From Coleofasciculus sp. B1-GNL1-01 (GTDB lineage: Bacteria; Cyanobacteriota; Cyanobacteriia; Cyanobacteriales; Coleofasciculaceae): DNA of 64,000 nucleotides. Positions 21,510-32,266 of this stretch are shown piece after piece (position 1 is the first letter of the stretch; every line of letters begins with the position of its first letter). The notes beneath the pieces are model-generated. The model had not been told where the DNA came from, ran no database searches, and was given only the letters and a program-made list of their open reading frames with translations. A program made the translations under genes and the position numbers. The stretch lies in the NCBI GenBank assembly GCA_040220235.1, contig JAVJTO010000051.1; one strand, written 5' to 3'.

Positions 21510-21901
21510 GGATTGCCCCTCCTCAGATTTTTGTTAGTCGTGGACTGGTGAAAATGAGCCACCATTATCCCTCACCTTATCCTATATAGAAAACATGAGG
21601 AATTTATGACGATTGGAGGTAGGAGGCAGGAGGAAATGATGACGGGCAACAAGGAACATAATATTACCATTAAATCGGGCGCACGTCGGTAAATCGGGCG
21701 CACGTCGGTGCGCCCCTACAGATATTACTGAACTGATTCTTTATAAGCTGTCACGCATTTAAATTGGGTATAGGTAGTGAGCAAGATGCTCACACTACGA
21801 CAAGGATTTGGCAATTTTTGACATTAAGGTTTAAATGCCGAACAGCTGAGACTGGCAAAGTAAGATAAACTTCTAAACTCGTAGACTATTCCCATGCCCC
21901 A

Positions 21902-23038
21902 ATGACTCGATTTCCTCACGACCAATTCGCCAAGGACTATCTTGACCAACTCTTGTCCCCTATCGGAAAAGTGGAAACCAGTCGCGACATTGCTGGGGAA
22001 GTGCGAGAGGTTGACGTTTTATTTATCCCCACCTCTATCTCAAATGACTACCTCCTCTCTCTGGGACTTTTAGGGCGCTTTGTCACAACTCCTGCTGTCT
22101 TTGAACCTTTTCGCAACGCCGTCACCGCCGATCAAATTTGTGATTGTCTGGCTAAACTGTTTGACCTACATCGGGAATTAAGACGACGCGCCAGACGGGA
22201 GTCCACTTCCATTAATCTGAGTGAACTCTCCCAATTATGGATACTCACCCCCACCGCCTCAACACCCTTACTCGATAGCTTTGGAGCCTTCAGTGATGAG
22301 CAAAACTGGTTAAGTGGACTCTACTTTCTCCCCCAAGCTTTCCGAACAGCCATCGTCGTCATTCACCAACTCCCCCGTACCCCCCAAACCCTATGGTTGA
22401 GACTTTTGGGAAAGGGCAGAGTCCAACAGCAAGCCATCGAGGAGATCACCGCATTACCCGAAGACAGCCAACGGCGGGAGTCTACGCTAGAGTTATTGTA
22501 TAACTTGCAAGCCAACTTACAAGCCAATCAAGAACAACCCTTAGATACAGAGGAGAGGGAGTTAATTATGGCATTAGCACCCCTTTATCGGCAACAACTG
22601 GATGCGGCTCGGCAACAAGCCAGGGAAGAAGCTATGCAACAGGGATTACAACAAGGATTACAACAGGGTCTACAACAGGGTCTACAACAGGGACAACGGC
22701 TGATTATCGAAAACGTTCTCCAGACTCGCTTGGGACAGTTAACCTCTACCCTCGCTGCTTTAATCACTCCCTTATCGGCATTGCCCTCTCAGCAGTTAAC
22801 TCCCTTTCTACTGCAACTGTCTCAACTCGAAAATAGTGAATCAGGAATTCAACAGGCACAACGTTTCATTGTCGAAAATTTACTCAGAATTCGTTTTGGA
22901 GAATTGGACGCTCAACTCACCGCACTGGTTACTCCTTTATTAGGATTACCCCCCCAAGACTTAAGCCAATACCTCTCACAATTGTCTCAACTATCCCGTG
23001 AGCAACTCCTGGCTCGATTTCCCCAAGCCAGTTCTTAA
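21902..23038 (+). CDS. Rpn/PD-(D/E)xK-like cyanobacterial protein with QQGL repeats and duplicated DUF4351-like C-terminal module
   Basis: HDQFAKDYL..EVREVDVLF..FEPFRN..VIHQLPRTPQTLWLRLLGKG; (QQGL)x4; two repeats of ENxLxxRxGxL. Confidence 0.75.
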   Translation: MTRFPHDQFAKDYLDQLLSPIGKVETSRDIAGEVREVDVLFIPTSISNDYLLSLGLLGRFVTTPAVFEPFRNAVTADQICDCLAKLFDLHRELRRRARRESTSINLSELSQLWILTPTASTPLLDSFGAFSDEQNWLSGLYFLPQAFRTAIVVIHQLPRTPQTLWLRLLGKGRVQQQAIEEITALPEDSQRRESTLELLYNLQANLQANQEQPLDTEERELIMALAPLYRQQLDAARQQAREEAMQQGLQQGLQQGLQQGLQQGQRLIIENVLQTRLGQLTSTLAALITPLSALPSQQLTPFLLQLSQLENSESGIQQAQRFIVENLLRIRFGELDAQLTALVTPLLGLPPQDLSQYLSQLSQLSREQLLARFPQASS

Positions 23039-23165
23039 ACGTTCCGTTGTCGTTTCCTCAGAGGAGCGAGCTGGGGGAAGTTTGACCCTTCTTAACCCTC
23101 GAGGGCATGGCGCGTGAATTTTGAGTCTTGAGTTCGCAAAGATAAATGATACAGCAAATTTCAGG

Positions 23166-24740
23166 TTAATACTGAACTGATTCTTGATAAACTGGCAACG
23201 TAAAATAAAAGGTACTCCCAGAACCTAGGGTACTTTCCGCCCAAATTTCCCCCCCATGTTGCTGGATAATGCTGCGGCAAATCGCCAATCCTAAACCGGT
23301 ACCTCCTTTTTGGCGGGAATCGGAAACATCGACTTGCTGAAATCGCCCAAAGATGCGTTCAAGGTGTTCCCGGGGAATTCCTCGTCCTTGGTCGGTAACT
23401 TGAAATAAAATACAATCTGACTGATGTTGCACACCCACGGTGATCGTGGTATTTCTCTCAGAAAACTTGATCGCATTACTCAACAGATTCGTCAGGGTTT
23501 GAATAATAGTATCAGGGGCAACATAAACTTGAGCCGTTAGGGGAGTCACCTGGATAGCAATTCCCGCCGCCTCTGCGATCGCATCTATCGCTTCCACGGA
23601 ATGGTTGATTAAATCTGCCACATCGCAGACTTCCTTGACTAAGGTTACTTGACCAGAATCCAAGCGTTCTAAACTGAGGATGTCATTCACCAACCGCCCT
23701 AAGCGATCGCAGTCTCCCGCCGCTATATCTAACATCCGTTTGGCTTTGTCAGGTTGATCATCATAGACTCCCATCTTAAGCAAACCCAGAGAACCGCGCA
23801 TTGAGGTGAGTGGGGTGCGAAGTTCATGACTCACCAGGGAGATGAATTCATTTTTCATCCGTTCCACCGCTTGACGCTGGGTAATATCTTCGCCAATACT
23901 CATCAATCCTGCGATCGCGCCAGTAATATCTCGGAGTACGGTATTATTCCACGCAATCAGTCGTTCTTCACCGGATTTAGTCCGAATGGAGTTCTGGTAG
24001 TAGGTGTGGCTATTGTGGTATAAAAGTTCATGGAAAACCTGCTTCAGTTGCGGCTGATCGGAGGGTGGGATAAATAGGTTGAACCAGTTTTTGCCAACAA
24101 CTTCAGCCTGAGTATAACCCATTAAACCTAAACCAAAGGGATTCATATACTCCACATTCCCCTGCCAATCTAAGCCAATAACCAGCAGTTGCACATTCTC
24201 CAAGAGCGATCGCCATCGACGTTCCGTTTCTTGCAGGATCTGTTGGGTTTGATGATGCACGCGAATCTCTTGCTGTAAACGGGTATTTTGTTCGGTGAGT
24301 TGCTGGGTTAACGCCCGCAGTTGCAGGTGAGTCTGGACGCGAAGTAACACCTCTTCAAGCTGAATTGGCTTGCTGATATAGTCTACAGCACCCAGCTTTA
24401 GCCCCTTAATCTTGTAACTAGGATTGGCGCGATCGGCAACGGCTGTCATAAAAATAACTGGAATATCTTGGGTTTCCTCCTGCGCTTTTAAACGACGACA
24501 GACTTCAAACCCGTCCATTTCTGGCATCACCACATCCAACAAAATTAGATCCGGTGAGGTTATTGCCACAATTTTTAACGCTTGGACGCCACTTTTAACC
24601 GCGAGGACGTTAAATCCTGCTTTCATTAACCAATCTGAGACTAATTGCAGATTAGCCACAGTATCATCAACCAATAAGATTTGGGGCAATTGGGAATACA
24701 TGAAAGGATTGGCATGACTGAATTTGACAAAAAGCGGCAA
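23166..24740 (-). CDS. Hybrid sensor histidine kinase (REC-PAS-HisKA-HATPase)
   Basis: ILLVDD..DLILLDVVMPEMDG; PAS; SHELRTPL; NLLSNAIKF; DQGRGI; GTGLGL. Confidence 0.92.
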   Translation of the reverse strand: MPLFVKFSHANPFMYSQLPQILLVDDTVANLQLVSDWLMKAGFNVLAVKSGVQALKIVAITSPDLILLDVVMPEMDGFEVCRRLKAQEETQDIPVIFMTAVADRANPSYKIKGLKLGAVDYISKPIQLEEVLLRVQTHLQLRALTQQLTEQNTRLQQEIRVHHQTQQILQETERRWRSLLENVQLLVIGLDWQGNVEYMNPFGLGLMGYTQAEVVGKNWFNLFIPPSDQPQLKQVFHELLYHNSHTYYQNSIRTKSGEERLIAWNNTVLRDITGAIAGLMSIGEDITQRQAVERMKNEFISLVSHELRTPLTSMRGSLGLLKMGVYDDQPDKAKRMLDIAAGDCDRLGRLVNDILSLERLDSGQVTLVKEVCDVADLINHSVEAIDAIAEAAGIAIQVTPLTAQVYVAPDTIIQTLTNLLSNAIKFSERNTTITVGVQHQSDCILFQVTDQGRGIPREHLERIFGRFQQVDVSDSRQKGGTGLGLAICRSIIQQHGGEIWAESTLGSGSTFYFTLPVYQESVQY

Positions 24741-24894
24741 ATTGCCATTTTCATTTTTGCATAATTTGGCTGGTCTGAACTCAGACCTGGCAGCGTTTTC
24801 AGTCCGCCTATTTCATCTAGCTCAATCCTTATCGGTTTGATCAATAATCTTATCGGTCAAACCCGTCCCAACAATTATAATTTTGTTTGAATCT

Positions 24895-25803
24895 TCACTT
24901 TGTCAAAAGCTGAACCAATTCCTGAGTGATGGGAAAACCCGTTTTAGACTCGACATGTAAAAACATCGGGCTAGGATTTGCCTCTAAAAATACATACTCA
25001 CCCTGGGGACTCAGACGCCAATCAATGGCTGTCCACTCCAGCATTAAGGCTTTGGTAATAGCTAAACACTGCTGTTGAACCCTGTCTGGTAATTCGACTG
25101 GACGTAATTCCGCCTGTAAGTCTTGCCGAAAGTCCAAAGCCGGAGAGCGAATTTCCACAGAATAGACAGATCCATTAATCACATAACTGCGAATATTTGT
25201 TCCGGGAATATATTCTTGTATTGTAACTGGCGAAAGACCGAGAACTAATTGCAGTCGTTCCGGTTCTAAGTGAGATTCTTTAAGCAACTGAGTATGTGTC
25301 CCGCCATAGACGGGCTTAAAAACTAGCATGGGCTGAGATTGAGCGAATTTAAGGACTTGCTCTGAATCATTACTAATTAAAGTCGCTGGAATCGCTATTC
25401 CTAATTGTTTGACTCGACTCAATTGGAGAGGTTTTTCTTTGTGAAATTGATAGGCTTGCCAAGAATTAACCCAACGAGCTGGGCAGGCTTGTATTAGAGT
25501 TCGCAGCGCACTCATTGAATCATTCAAGGCAATTCTTTGCTGTTCTGGCTCCAGATATGAGGGCAGATCAATACTGGAAAGACTACGCCAAAATACGCTA
25601 TGAATATCTTGAAAGTCTAACTTAACACCTTCAGGTAAGTTTAAACAACCCAACTGAGTATCAGGTTGCCAAGACATTTTTAACTGAGTAGGAAATAAGT
25701 GAGTATCTAAATAATAGACGGTTGCTCCTGCCTGGGTGAGCGCATTTTTCAGGTGTACAGCATGGACATCTTCAGAGTTGCCGAGGATTAAAATATTCAT
25801 CAA
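24895..25803 (-). CDS. RimK-like ATP-grasp ligase (graspetide synthetase candidate)
   Basis: HKEKPLQL..IPATLISND..VFKPVYGG..IQEYIPGTNIR..DFR..AIDWRL..FLEANPSPMF. Confidence 0.88.
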   Translation of the reverse strand: MMNILILGNSEDVHAVHLKNALTQAGATVYYLDTHLFPTQLKMSWQPDTQLGCLNLPEGVKLDFQDIHSVFWRSLSSIDLPSYLEPEQQRIALNDSMSALRTLIQACPARWVNSWQAYQFHKEKPLQLSRVKQLGIAIPATLISNDSEQVLKFAQSQPMLVFKPVYGGTHTQLLKESHLEPERLQLVLGLSPVTIQEYIPGTNIRSYVINGSVYSVEIRSPALDFRQDLQAELRPVELPDRVQQQCLAITKALMLEWTAIDWRLSPQGEYVFLEANPSPMFLHVESKTGFPITQELVQLLTK

Positions 25804-26065
25804 TCAAATCGGAATTCTCGATCAGGTGAGTTAGGAAAGATACCAATTAAGCCAATCAGTGTTGAATGTAATATCTACCTTAACTCACCAATTATAAGCC
25901 TTTAGCGCTTGCTCAATCATCTCTAAACTATGAAGCCGCAGTTAGAGAAATATCTGGCAACTTCATAATTTCTCTGACTGTTGACTGGGGAGGTATTTCT
26001 GCCATCTTATAGGAGAGTGTTGGCTGGCGTAACCCCAGTTCAATGACCAACAGTATGCTGATGTT

Positions 26066-26332
26066 CTAGATGAATGTAGACCAATCTAGGTCTCCACCCT
26101 CTTCACCTAACGCTGCACTTGTAACCCCTCCAGCATCAACGGGAAGCTTGGGAACGGTAAAGGGAAGGGGAAATCGTCTTGGAGGCTGCATATAACCGCC
26201 TTCTTCACCCACTGCCATAGTTGTAGCTTGTGCTGTTCCTCCTGTCACTTGTGAATTGTCTTCACTTATAACATCTTCCAGGTCATCAAGATGTTCTAAG
26301 TCCGAAACGTCTAGTTCAAATGGATGTTTCAT
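26066..26332 (-). CDS. Graspetide (omega-ester RiPP) precursor with two T(T/S)xxxxEE cores
   Basis: Acidic leader ending VTGG; cores TTMAVGEEGG and TSAALGEEGG; co-oriented directly upstream of the ATP-grasp gene. Confidence 0.85.
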   Translation of the reverse strand: MKHPFELDVSDLEHLDDLEDVISEDNSQVTGGTAQATTMAVGEEGGYMQPPRRFPLPFTVPKLPVDAGGVTSAALGEEGGDLDWSTFI

Positions 26333-26564
26333 GATTTTCTCTTAAACTCTAATATTAGATAATCATATTTTTGCCATCAACACATGCCAATTTGGCAGTA
26401 AAATATTATAAATCTACCTTTAGTAAATTTTACCCGATGATAATATTTGCGCCTTAGGGTCAGAGTGTACAGCAAAAGCGTGGGACGATCATCTCTCTTC
26501 AGGAGGGGCAACACCCCACACCCCACACCCAGTCTCTCTACCCTTCAGTGCGTGACAGCCAACC

Positions 26565-28715
26565 TCAAGCACCGATGGCTTGGCGTAACCATTGAACTTG
26601 ACTCCATTGTTCTGTTTTATGACTCAACGTGATCGGAATTTCAATCACAAACTCTGTGCCGATACCCACTTGAGAATTACAGGTAATTTTTCCTTTGTGT
26701 TTCTCAATAATTTGATAACTTACGGCTAATCCCAATCCTGTCCCTTGTCCAACAGGTTTCGTCGTGAAAAACGGTTCAAACAAATGCTCTTGCAGATGAT
26801 CAGGAATACCTAAACCATTATCGGAAATCCGAATAATGACGGTTGAGTTTAACTCAGCTATTTCCGTACTAATCCTAATCTGGGGTATAAAGGAATCATT
26901 CTGCTGGCTTTTTTCGTCTAACGCCTCAATCGCATTACCAAGAATATTGATAAACACTTGATTAATTTGACCCGGATAACATTCAATTTTAGGCAACTGA
27001 CCAAATTGTTTATTCACTTCAATAGCTGGTCGGTTGGGTTTTTTGTTGAAGCGATTCTGTAAAAGTATCAAGGTACTCTCCAACCCCTGATGTAAATCAA
27101 TTGTCTTCATCTGTGCCTCATTCAGGTGGGAAAAATGCTGGAGCGATCGCACAATGTCTTGAACCCGAACAACGCCTTCGCGAATCGAGTTGAGGGCTTT
27201 GGGAAAGTCTGTCCTGAGAAAGTCAAGCTCAACCGCTTCCATTTGATCTTGAATCGCGGCAACAGGGTGAGGATAATACTGTTGATAGAGATCGATCAAT
27301 TTGAGCAGATCACACCCATATTGATGGGCAAAGCCAACATTTCCGGAAATAAAACCAATGGGATTATTAATCTCATGGGCAATTCCCGCCACTAACTGTC
27401 CCAAGGATGCCATTTTTTTGGTTTGGACTAACTGCGCTTGGGCATTTTTTAGTTCACACAAGGTAAGTTCTAACTGATACGCTTTTTTCCGTTCCCGCGC
27501 TTCTGACTCTCGCAAAGCCTCCTCCGCTTGTCTGCGATCGCTAATATCCCGATGAGTCCCTGTCATCCTTAGTGGGTTCCCGGCTTCATCCCACTCAAAG
27601 ACTTTACCACGAGACAAAATCCACTTCCATTCCCCTGTTTTACATCGCATCCTAAATTCGACTTCATAGATAGGAATTAATCTATCTATATAAGCATTTA
27701 ATACGGCTTTCACTCTTGAGAAATCCTCAGGATGTACTAATTCTTCAAATGCCTGAAAATTATCGTCGATTTCGTATTCTGCATACCCCAGCATCGTTTT
27801 CCACTGCGGATTAAAATAAATATCTCCAGTGATTAATTGCCAATCCCATAATCCCAAATCACTACCAGATAACGCCATTTGCAATCGTTCTTCGGAAATG
27901 CGTAAGGCGGATTGGGTTAACACCTGTTCCGTAATATCATTGAGGGTTCCTGTGGTTCCCGAAACCGTACCATCGGCGGCAAAATTTATCCGCGCATGTA
28001 CCTCCAACCAGCGAATGTCACCCGATTTTGTCAGGTAGCGTACTGTAGGGCGACAGGATTGTTGGACTCCAGTAATCAGCGCATCAAAGTTGTCTCGCCC
28101 CTTTTGCCAGTCATCCGGATGAATACCGTTTAAAAAGGATGTTCCGATACTTTCAGCGATTGAAAAGCCAGTAATTTCTGTCCAAGCCCGATTCAGGAAT
28201 GTCCAGTGTCCGTGAGTATCGGTTTGGAAAATGACTTCTTTAACATTATCGATAACCGACTGATATTTTTCCTGATTCAGACGTTGGCATTCTTGGCGTT
28301 GCTGACTGTCAATCGCATGACGAAATGCCCGAATTAAGCGGTAACTTTTGAGATTTTCGGTCACCTGATCATCCGGTGTCCCCGCTTGGATAACTTGCAG
28401 GCTTAAGGGTTCATCCTGGTTCGCCCTTAATCCGAGAATTGGTAGCGTTAAGCCTAACTGTTTGATTTGAGTAACCGTATCGAAAACGTGAGGATCAGCG
28501 TGGGACAAATGAACGACGATAAGATCAAATGTTTCCTGACTTAATCGGCTTAGGGCTTGACAACTCTGCCTAACTTGTTGAATAATAAACGAATATCTAA
28601 TTTCAGAACATAATCCTTCTCCCAGTAGTTTTATCGTTTGGTAACCATCTTCGACGATGAGAACCTTCAGCGATATAGTGTTGGGGTTTTGCGTAGGGTC
28701 TAGCACCGATAACAT
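26565..28715 (-). CDS. Sensor histidine kinase (degenerate REC, 2x PAS/PAC, HisKA, HATPase)
   Basis: IHPDD and VHPED PAS motifs; GIAHEINNP; NAIEA; DNGLGI; PFFTTKPVGQGTGLGL. Confidence 0.92.
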   Translation of the reverse strand: MLSVLDPTQNPNTISLKVLIVEDGYQTIKLLGEGLCSEIRYSFIIQQVRQSCQALSRLSQETFDLIVVHLSHADPHVFDTVTQIKQLGLTLPILGLRANQDEPLSLQVIQAGTPDDQVTENLKSYRLIRAFRHAIDSQQRQECQRLNQEKYQSVIDNVKEVIFQTDTHGHWTFLNRAWTEITGFSIAESIGTSFLNGIHPDDWQKGRDNFDALITGVQQSCRPTVRYLTKSGDIRWLEVHARINFAADGTVSGTTGTLNDITEQVLTQSALRISEERLQMALSGSDLGLWDWQLITGDIYFNPQWKTMLGYAEYEIDDNFQAFEELVHPEDFSRVKAVLNAYIDRLIPIYEVEFRMRCKTGEWKWILSRGKVFEWDEAGNPLRMTGTHRDISDRRQAEEALRESEARERKKAYQLELTLCELKNAQAQLVQTKKMASLGQLVAGIAHEINNPIGFISGNVGFAHQYGCDLLKLIDLYQQYYPHPVAAIQDQMEAVELDFLRTDFPKALNSIREGVVRVQDIVRSLQHFSHLNEAQMKTIDLHQGLESTLILLQNRFNKKPNRPAIEVNKQFGQLPKIECYPGQINQVFINILGNAIEALDEKSQQNDSFIPQIRISTEIAELNSTVIIRISDNGLGIPDHLQEHLFEPFFTTKPVGQGTGLGLAVSYQIIEKHKGKITCNSQVGIGTEFVIEIPITLSHKTEQWSQVQWLRQAIGA

Positions 28716-29472
28716 AAGATTTGCCTAAGAACTTGCTTCTACTTAGTTTGACTGTTATTTAAGAGGCAAGATAGTGCTGTAGCGAATTAAACTGTGACAG
28801 TTTATCAACTGAACTACACCTTGCCTATCTATCCTCGGTATAATGCCTATTCAGACGGTTTTCAACGCTCTGCCAATTTGTTCAAATCCAGATAGTTGGT
28901 CTAATTTGTTCACTCTACAGAGAACGTCAGTTCGGTAATTGCCGTTAGAGGTTAAAATCCGTAAAAATTAATCCGGAAAACTTGGTCTTGTCTGTAGCTA
29001 TTGTTACTCGTTTTCAGGAACGTCAGCCGACAACTTTGATTACTGAACCGATTTTCTAAAGTAAACCAGATGACACCCATATAGTCATTCGAGAGTCTAG
29101 TCTTAGTGATGTGTACTCAGCAACCCGTTAAGTGAATTGATGAATGGTTCCTGGGTTAGGGCTGGTTACCGGGTCACTGCTTTTCACTGCACTACGCTAG
29201 TTCTTCCCTTAAACGTTTCTAGACGTTTTTTCCTGAACGTGATCGAAGTTGTGATTTCATGATAGTTAGGGATTCGACCCCCAATTCATATTTTTAATAT
29301 TAATTTAATTTATACTTAATATAAGTTAAAGATATAAATATCCGATTCGTTGTTCATTGTCATTTATCCGCAGTAGTTGACCCAACAAACCGAGAGCAGC
29401 GAGAATCATCAAAAGGAAGGATGGGCTAGTATAGCCACCTTTTTGTAGAATAACTCCACAGTCTAATTTTAA

Positions 29473-30036
29473 GTGGTTATGAACAGAATTCATCAACTCT
29501 TTAAACTCGTTGTGATCGCGATCGCCTTCACCCTAGTTCCCCTAATTTATACTCCATCTGCCTTCGCGCAAACCACACCACCGATGGCTCAAGCCATTAT
29601 CAAAAGCACCTCAGATCCCGCCCAAGTGATGGGGACTGTTAAGTTTACCCAAACCCAAACCGGAATGCAAATTGTTGCAGATATTGATAATGCGCCTCTT
29701 GGCACCCATGGGTTTCACATTCACGAATTTGGCAGTTGTCAAGATTCGGGTAAAGCGGCGGGTGGTCATTTCAACCCCGATGCGGTCAAACATGGTGATT
29801 TGGTTAAAGATGGGTTTACCAGCGCCCACGCTGGAGACTTAGGCAATATCTCGGTAGCGAGTAATGGTGATGGGGGCAAAAGTGTCACTGTACCCGGACT
29901 CACCTTTCATGGAAACCAATATGCGATCGCAGGTCGGGCTGTGATTGTTCACGACCAAGCCGATGACTTTGGTCAACCTACGGGTCATGCAGGCGGACGG
30001 ATTGGCTGTGGTGCGATCGCCCTCGTCGGGTCATAA
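29473..30036 (+). CDS. sodC: Exported Cu/Zn superoxide dismutase
   Basis: Signal peptide (..SAFAQ); HGFHIHEFG; GGHFNP; HAGDLGN; IVH; RIGCG. Confidence 0.93.
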   Translation: MVMNRIHQLFKLVVIAIAFTLVPLIYTPSAFAQTTPPMAQAIIKSTSDPAQVMGTVKFTQTQTGMQIVADIDNAPLGTHGFHIHEFGSCQDSGKAAGGHFNPDAVKHGDLVKDGFTSAHAGDLGNISVASNGDGGKSVTVPGLTFHGNQYAIAGRAVIVHDQADDFGQPTGHAGGRIGCGAIALVGS

Positions 30037-30075
30037 TTTTAAGGGAAGCTCCCCCAGCTTCCCTTCAACATGTCC

Positions 30076-31470
30076 TTATTCCTGCATCCCAGAATACAAG
30101 AGTCGGGCAAATAAACGAGCGCCATCATCACGCTTCAACTCGTCATAAGTGGGAGGTTCCCGGTGATGAAGATCCTTTAGATCCTGAAGCAGTTCAGGAT
30201 GGAATTGACAGGTAAATGAACGGCGGATCAACTTACTCTCGAAATCTTTGTAGTTAATACAGGTTGCTGAACATTCTGTCACGACTTCCGTTTCGTCAGC
30301 CGTTGAACAAAGAATTTCCACCGCAAAGGGAAGCTGCATTAACCAAGACAAAGGACTCCCAGCTAAAATATGCCGATGGGAGATAATCGCATCATGCAGC
30401 AGGCGATATGCCCAATTCGCGAAGAGAATCGCTTCTTCATTCACTTCATCGGAGTGGAACATGGAAATATTTAATTCATGTTCATACTCAATCGACGTAT
30501 CGATTACCCCTTCAAATTCATCAGCCGTCACCTCATGGGCGATAATTACGTCTTCGGGAATGTTAGATGTGTCGCTATCTGGAGATTCATAATGCAACAA
30601 TTGGCGATCGCCCACTTCTTTCTTTTCATTGGGACCAACCGCAAATTCCGGATCATCCCAGTTTTTGGCAACCAGGTGTCCATTTTTCTTCTTCACCTGT
30701 AACGTAGTTCCCACCTGTTGAATATGCTGGCAGACTTTTTGCAAAGATTTTAGGGCTTTACCATTGCGATCGCGTGCCAGATACTCTAGGCTGAATACCT
30801 CATCCACTGCTCGTTTAATTAACCGAACGTGAGATTGTGCTGCCAATTGATGTCCCAAGCAAATAAATAAAGCAGGCGCACTGGTAGGCGATCGCGAAAG
30901 CAGTAGTTTATCGGTGAATCTGTGGAGTTCCTCTAGGGAAATTTTGGCATCGTTAAAGCTGCTAGCATCGCGCACCGACGGATCACCGCCTTCTACAACC
31001 ACCGCTAACCCCGACGTGATCAGCGGTACGACTAACTCTGGATCAAGCATACCCGACGACCAAAACGGGAACAGCAGTGAATCACAATCGGCAATTTTCT
31101 GCGCCAAATACGCCACATTCAGCGAAGCCCGTACCTCTTCACCAACGTGATTGCACCCGACGTGTTCCCAGGGTTCGATCACCGCGATCGCATTCCGGAA
31201 TAAGCTCGGATTCTTCATCAGGAATTCCAAATCTTCCTGAGAATTAATCACCTTTTCCAACGGCAATCCTTTGCCCCATTCAAAGCCTTCGTTTTCCATC
31301 GTCATGGATAGGTCAGGCAAGGGATCGTCTGAATGGCGATCGGCTAAAAACCGACCCAACAAAATATGAACGGATTCAAAATCAGATCCCCCTTCACACA
31401 AGTAACCGGGGCTGAGTCTCCAATCGTTGGTTGTTAATATTTGAGGCTTAACGGATGATGAGTTTGACAT
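30076..31470 (-). CDS. Class I glutamine amidotransferase-like domain protein of unknown function
   Basis: FICLGHQ nucleophile elbow and CQFHPE; VEGGDPSV. Confidence 0.75.
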   Translation of the reverse strand: MSNSSSVKPQILTTNDWRLSPGYLCEGGSDFESVHILLGRFLADRHSDDPLPDLSMTMENEGFEWGKGLPLEKVINSQEDLEFLMKNPSLFRNAIAVIEPWEHVGCNHVGEEVRASLNVAYLAQKIADCDSLLFPFWSSGMLDPELVVPLITSGLAVVVEGGDPSVRDASSFNDAKISLEELHRFTDKLLLSRSPTSAPALFICLGHQLAAQSHVRLIKRAVDEVFSLEYLARDRNGKALKSLQKVCQHIQQVGTTLQVKKKNGHLVAKNWDDPEFAVGPNEKKEVGDRQLLHYESPDSDTSNIPEDVIIAHEVTADEFEGVIDTSIEYEHELNISMFHSDEVNEEAILFANWAYRLLHDAIISHRHILAGSPLSWLMQLPFAVEILCSTADETEVVTECSATCINYKDFESKLIRRSFTCQFHPELLQDLKDLHHREPPTYDELKRDDGARLFARLLYSGMQE

Positions 31471-32266
31471 CTATAATTTGACTCCTTAACACGTTTTTTT
31501 ATCTAGTCCACTCATCAACGAGTGACCCTGGTAATTGGCTATAGATAGCGTTTTCAAATGAGATGAAAGAAACCCTGAACACAATTCAACAATGAGGCTT
31601 GCAGACCTTTTTGGGTTTACAAATGATTTGTAAACGCTATATAATTTTGCAAGCTGATTGTCTGCTGTAAATACGGAATCAATATCGTCTATCTTTATCA
31701 TATTCGTTATTGAAAGTCAATTCCCATTTTTAACATTCAAAGAACTGACAAAAACTGTAGTGTTGACTACAAAAAAAATCTAAAAGTAGTGACGTGGCAA
31801 ATCTAGGGCTTGCTGTACAACTCGAAAACCCTTATAAGTAGGTGGTAAACAATTAAAGTTAACGGTGGAGATCGTTATTTGTCATTTGTCAGATCCCAGC
31901 CCCTCACAGAACAACCCAAAACCTAATACCTAATACCTAATCCGGCATACATAACCCTTTTATGTCCAGATTCTAGAAGACGTTGCATCCAAGGTCTCTA
32001 CTGGCGTGACCCAGCTAAAATTGTGGGATAGGTTGTAGGTTGGGTTGACGCCAGGAAACCCAACGGAATCTAGGGCTGAGGTTCCCTTACTAAAAGCCGA
32101 ATTTAAGTCATCAAATAAGGTGTGCCACGCCACTACAGGGTTTTGGTGATTTGCTCTCAAAGGGGTAGTTAACCCGGATTTGGTATAATCTCATACCCAC
32201 GCCCAAAAACAGTAGGGGCGCACCGACGTGCGCCCGATTTATCGCAGAAGCCAAAGAATGTTCTGA

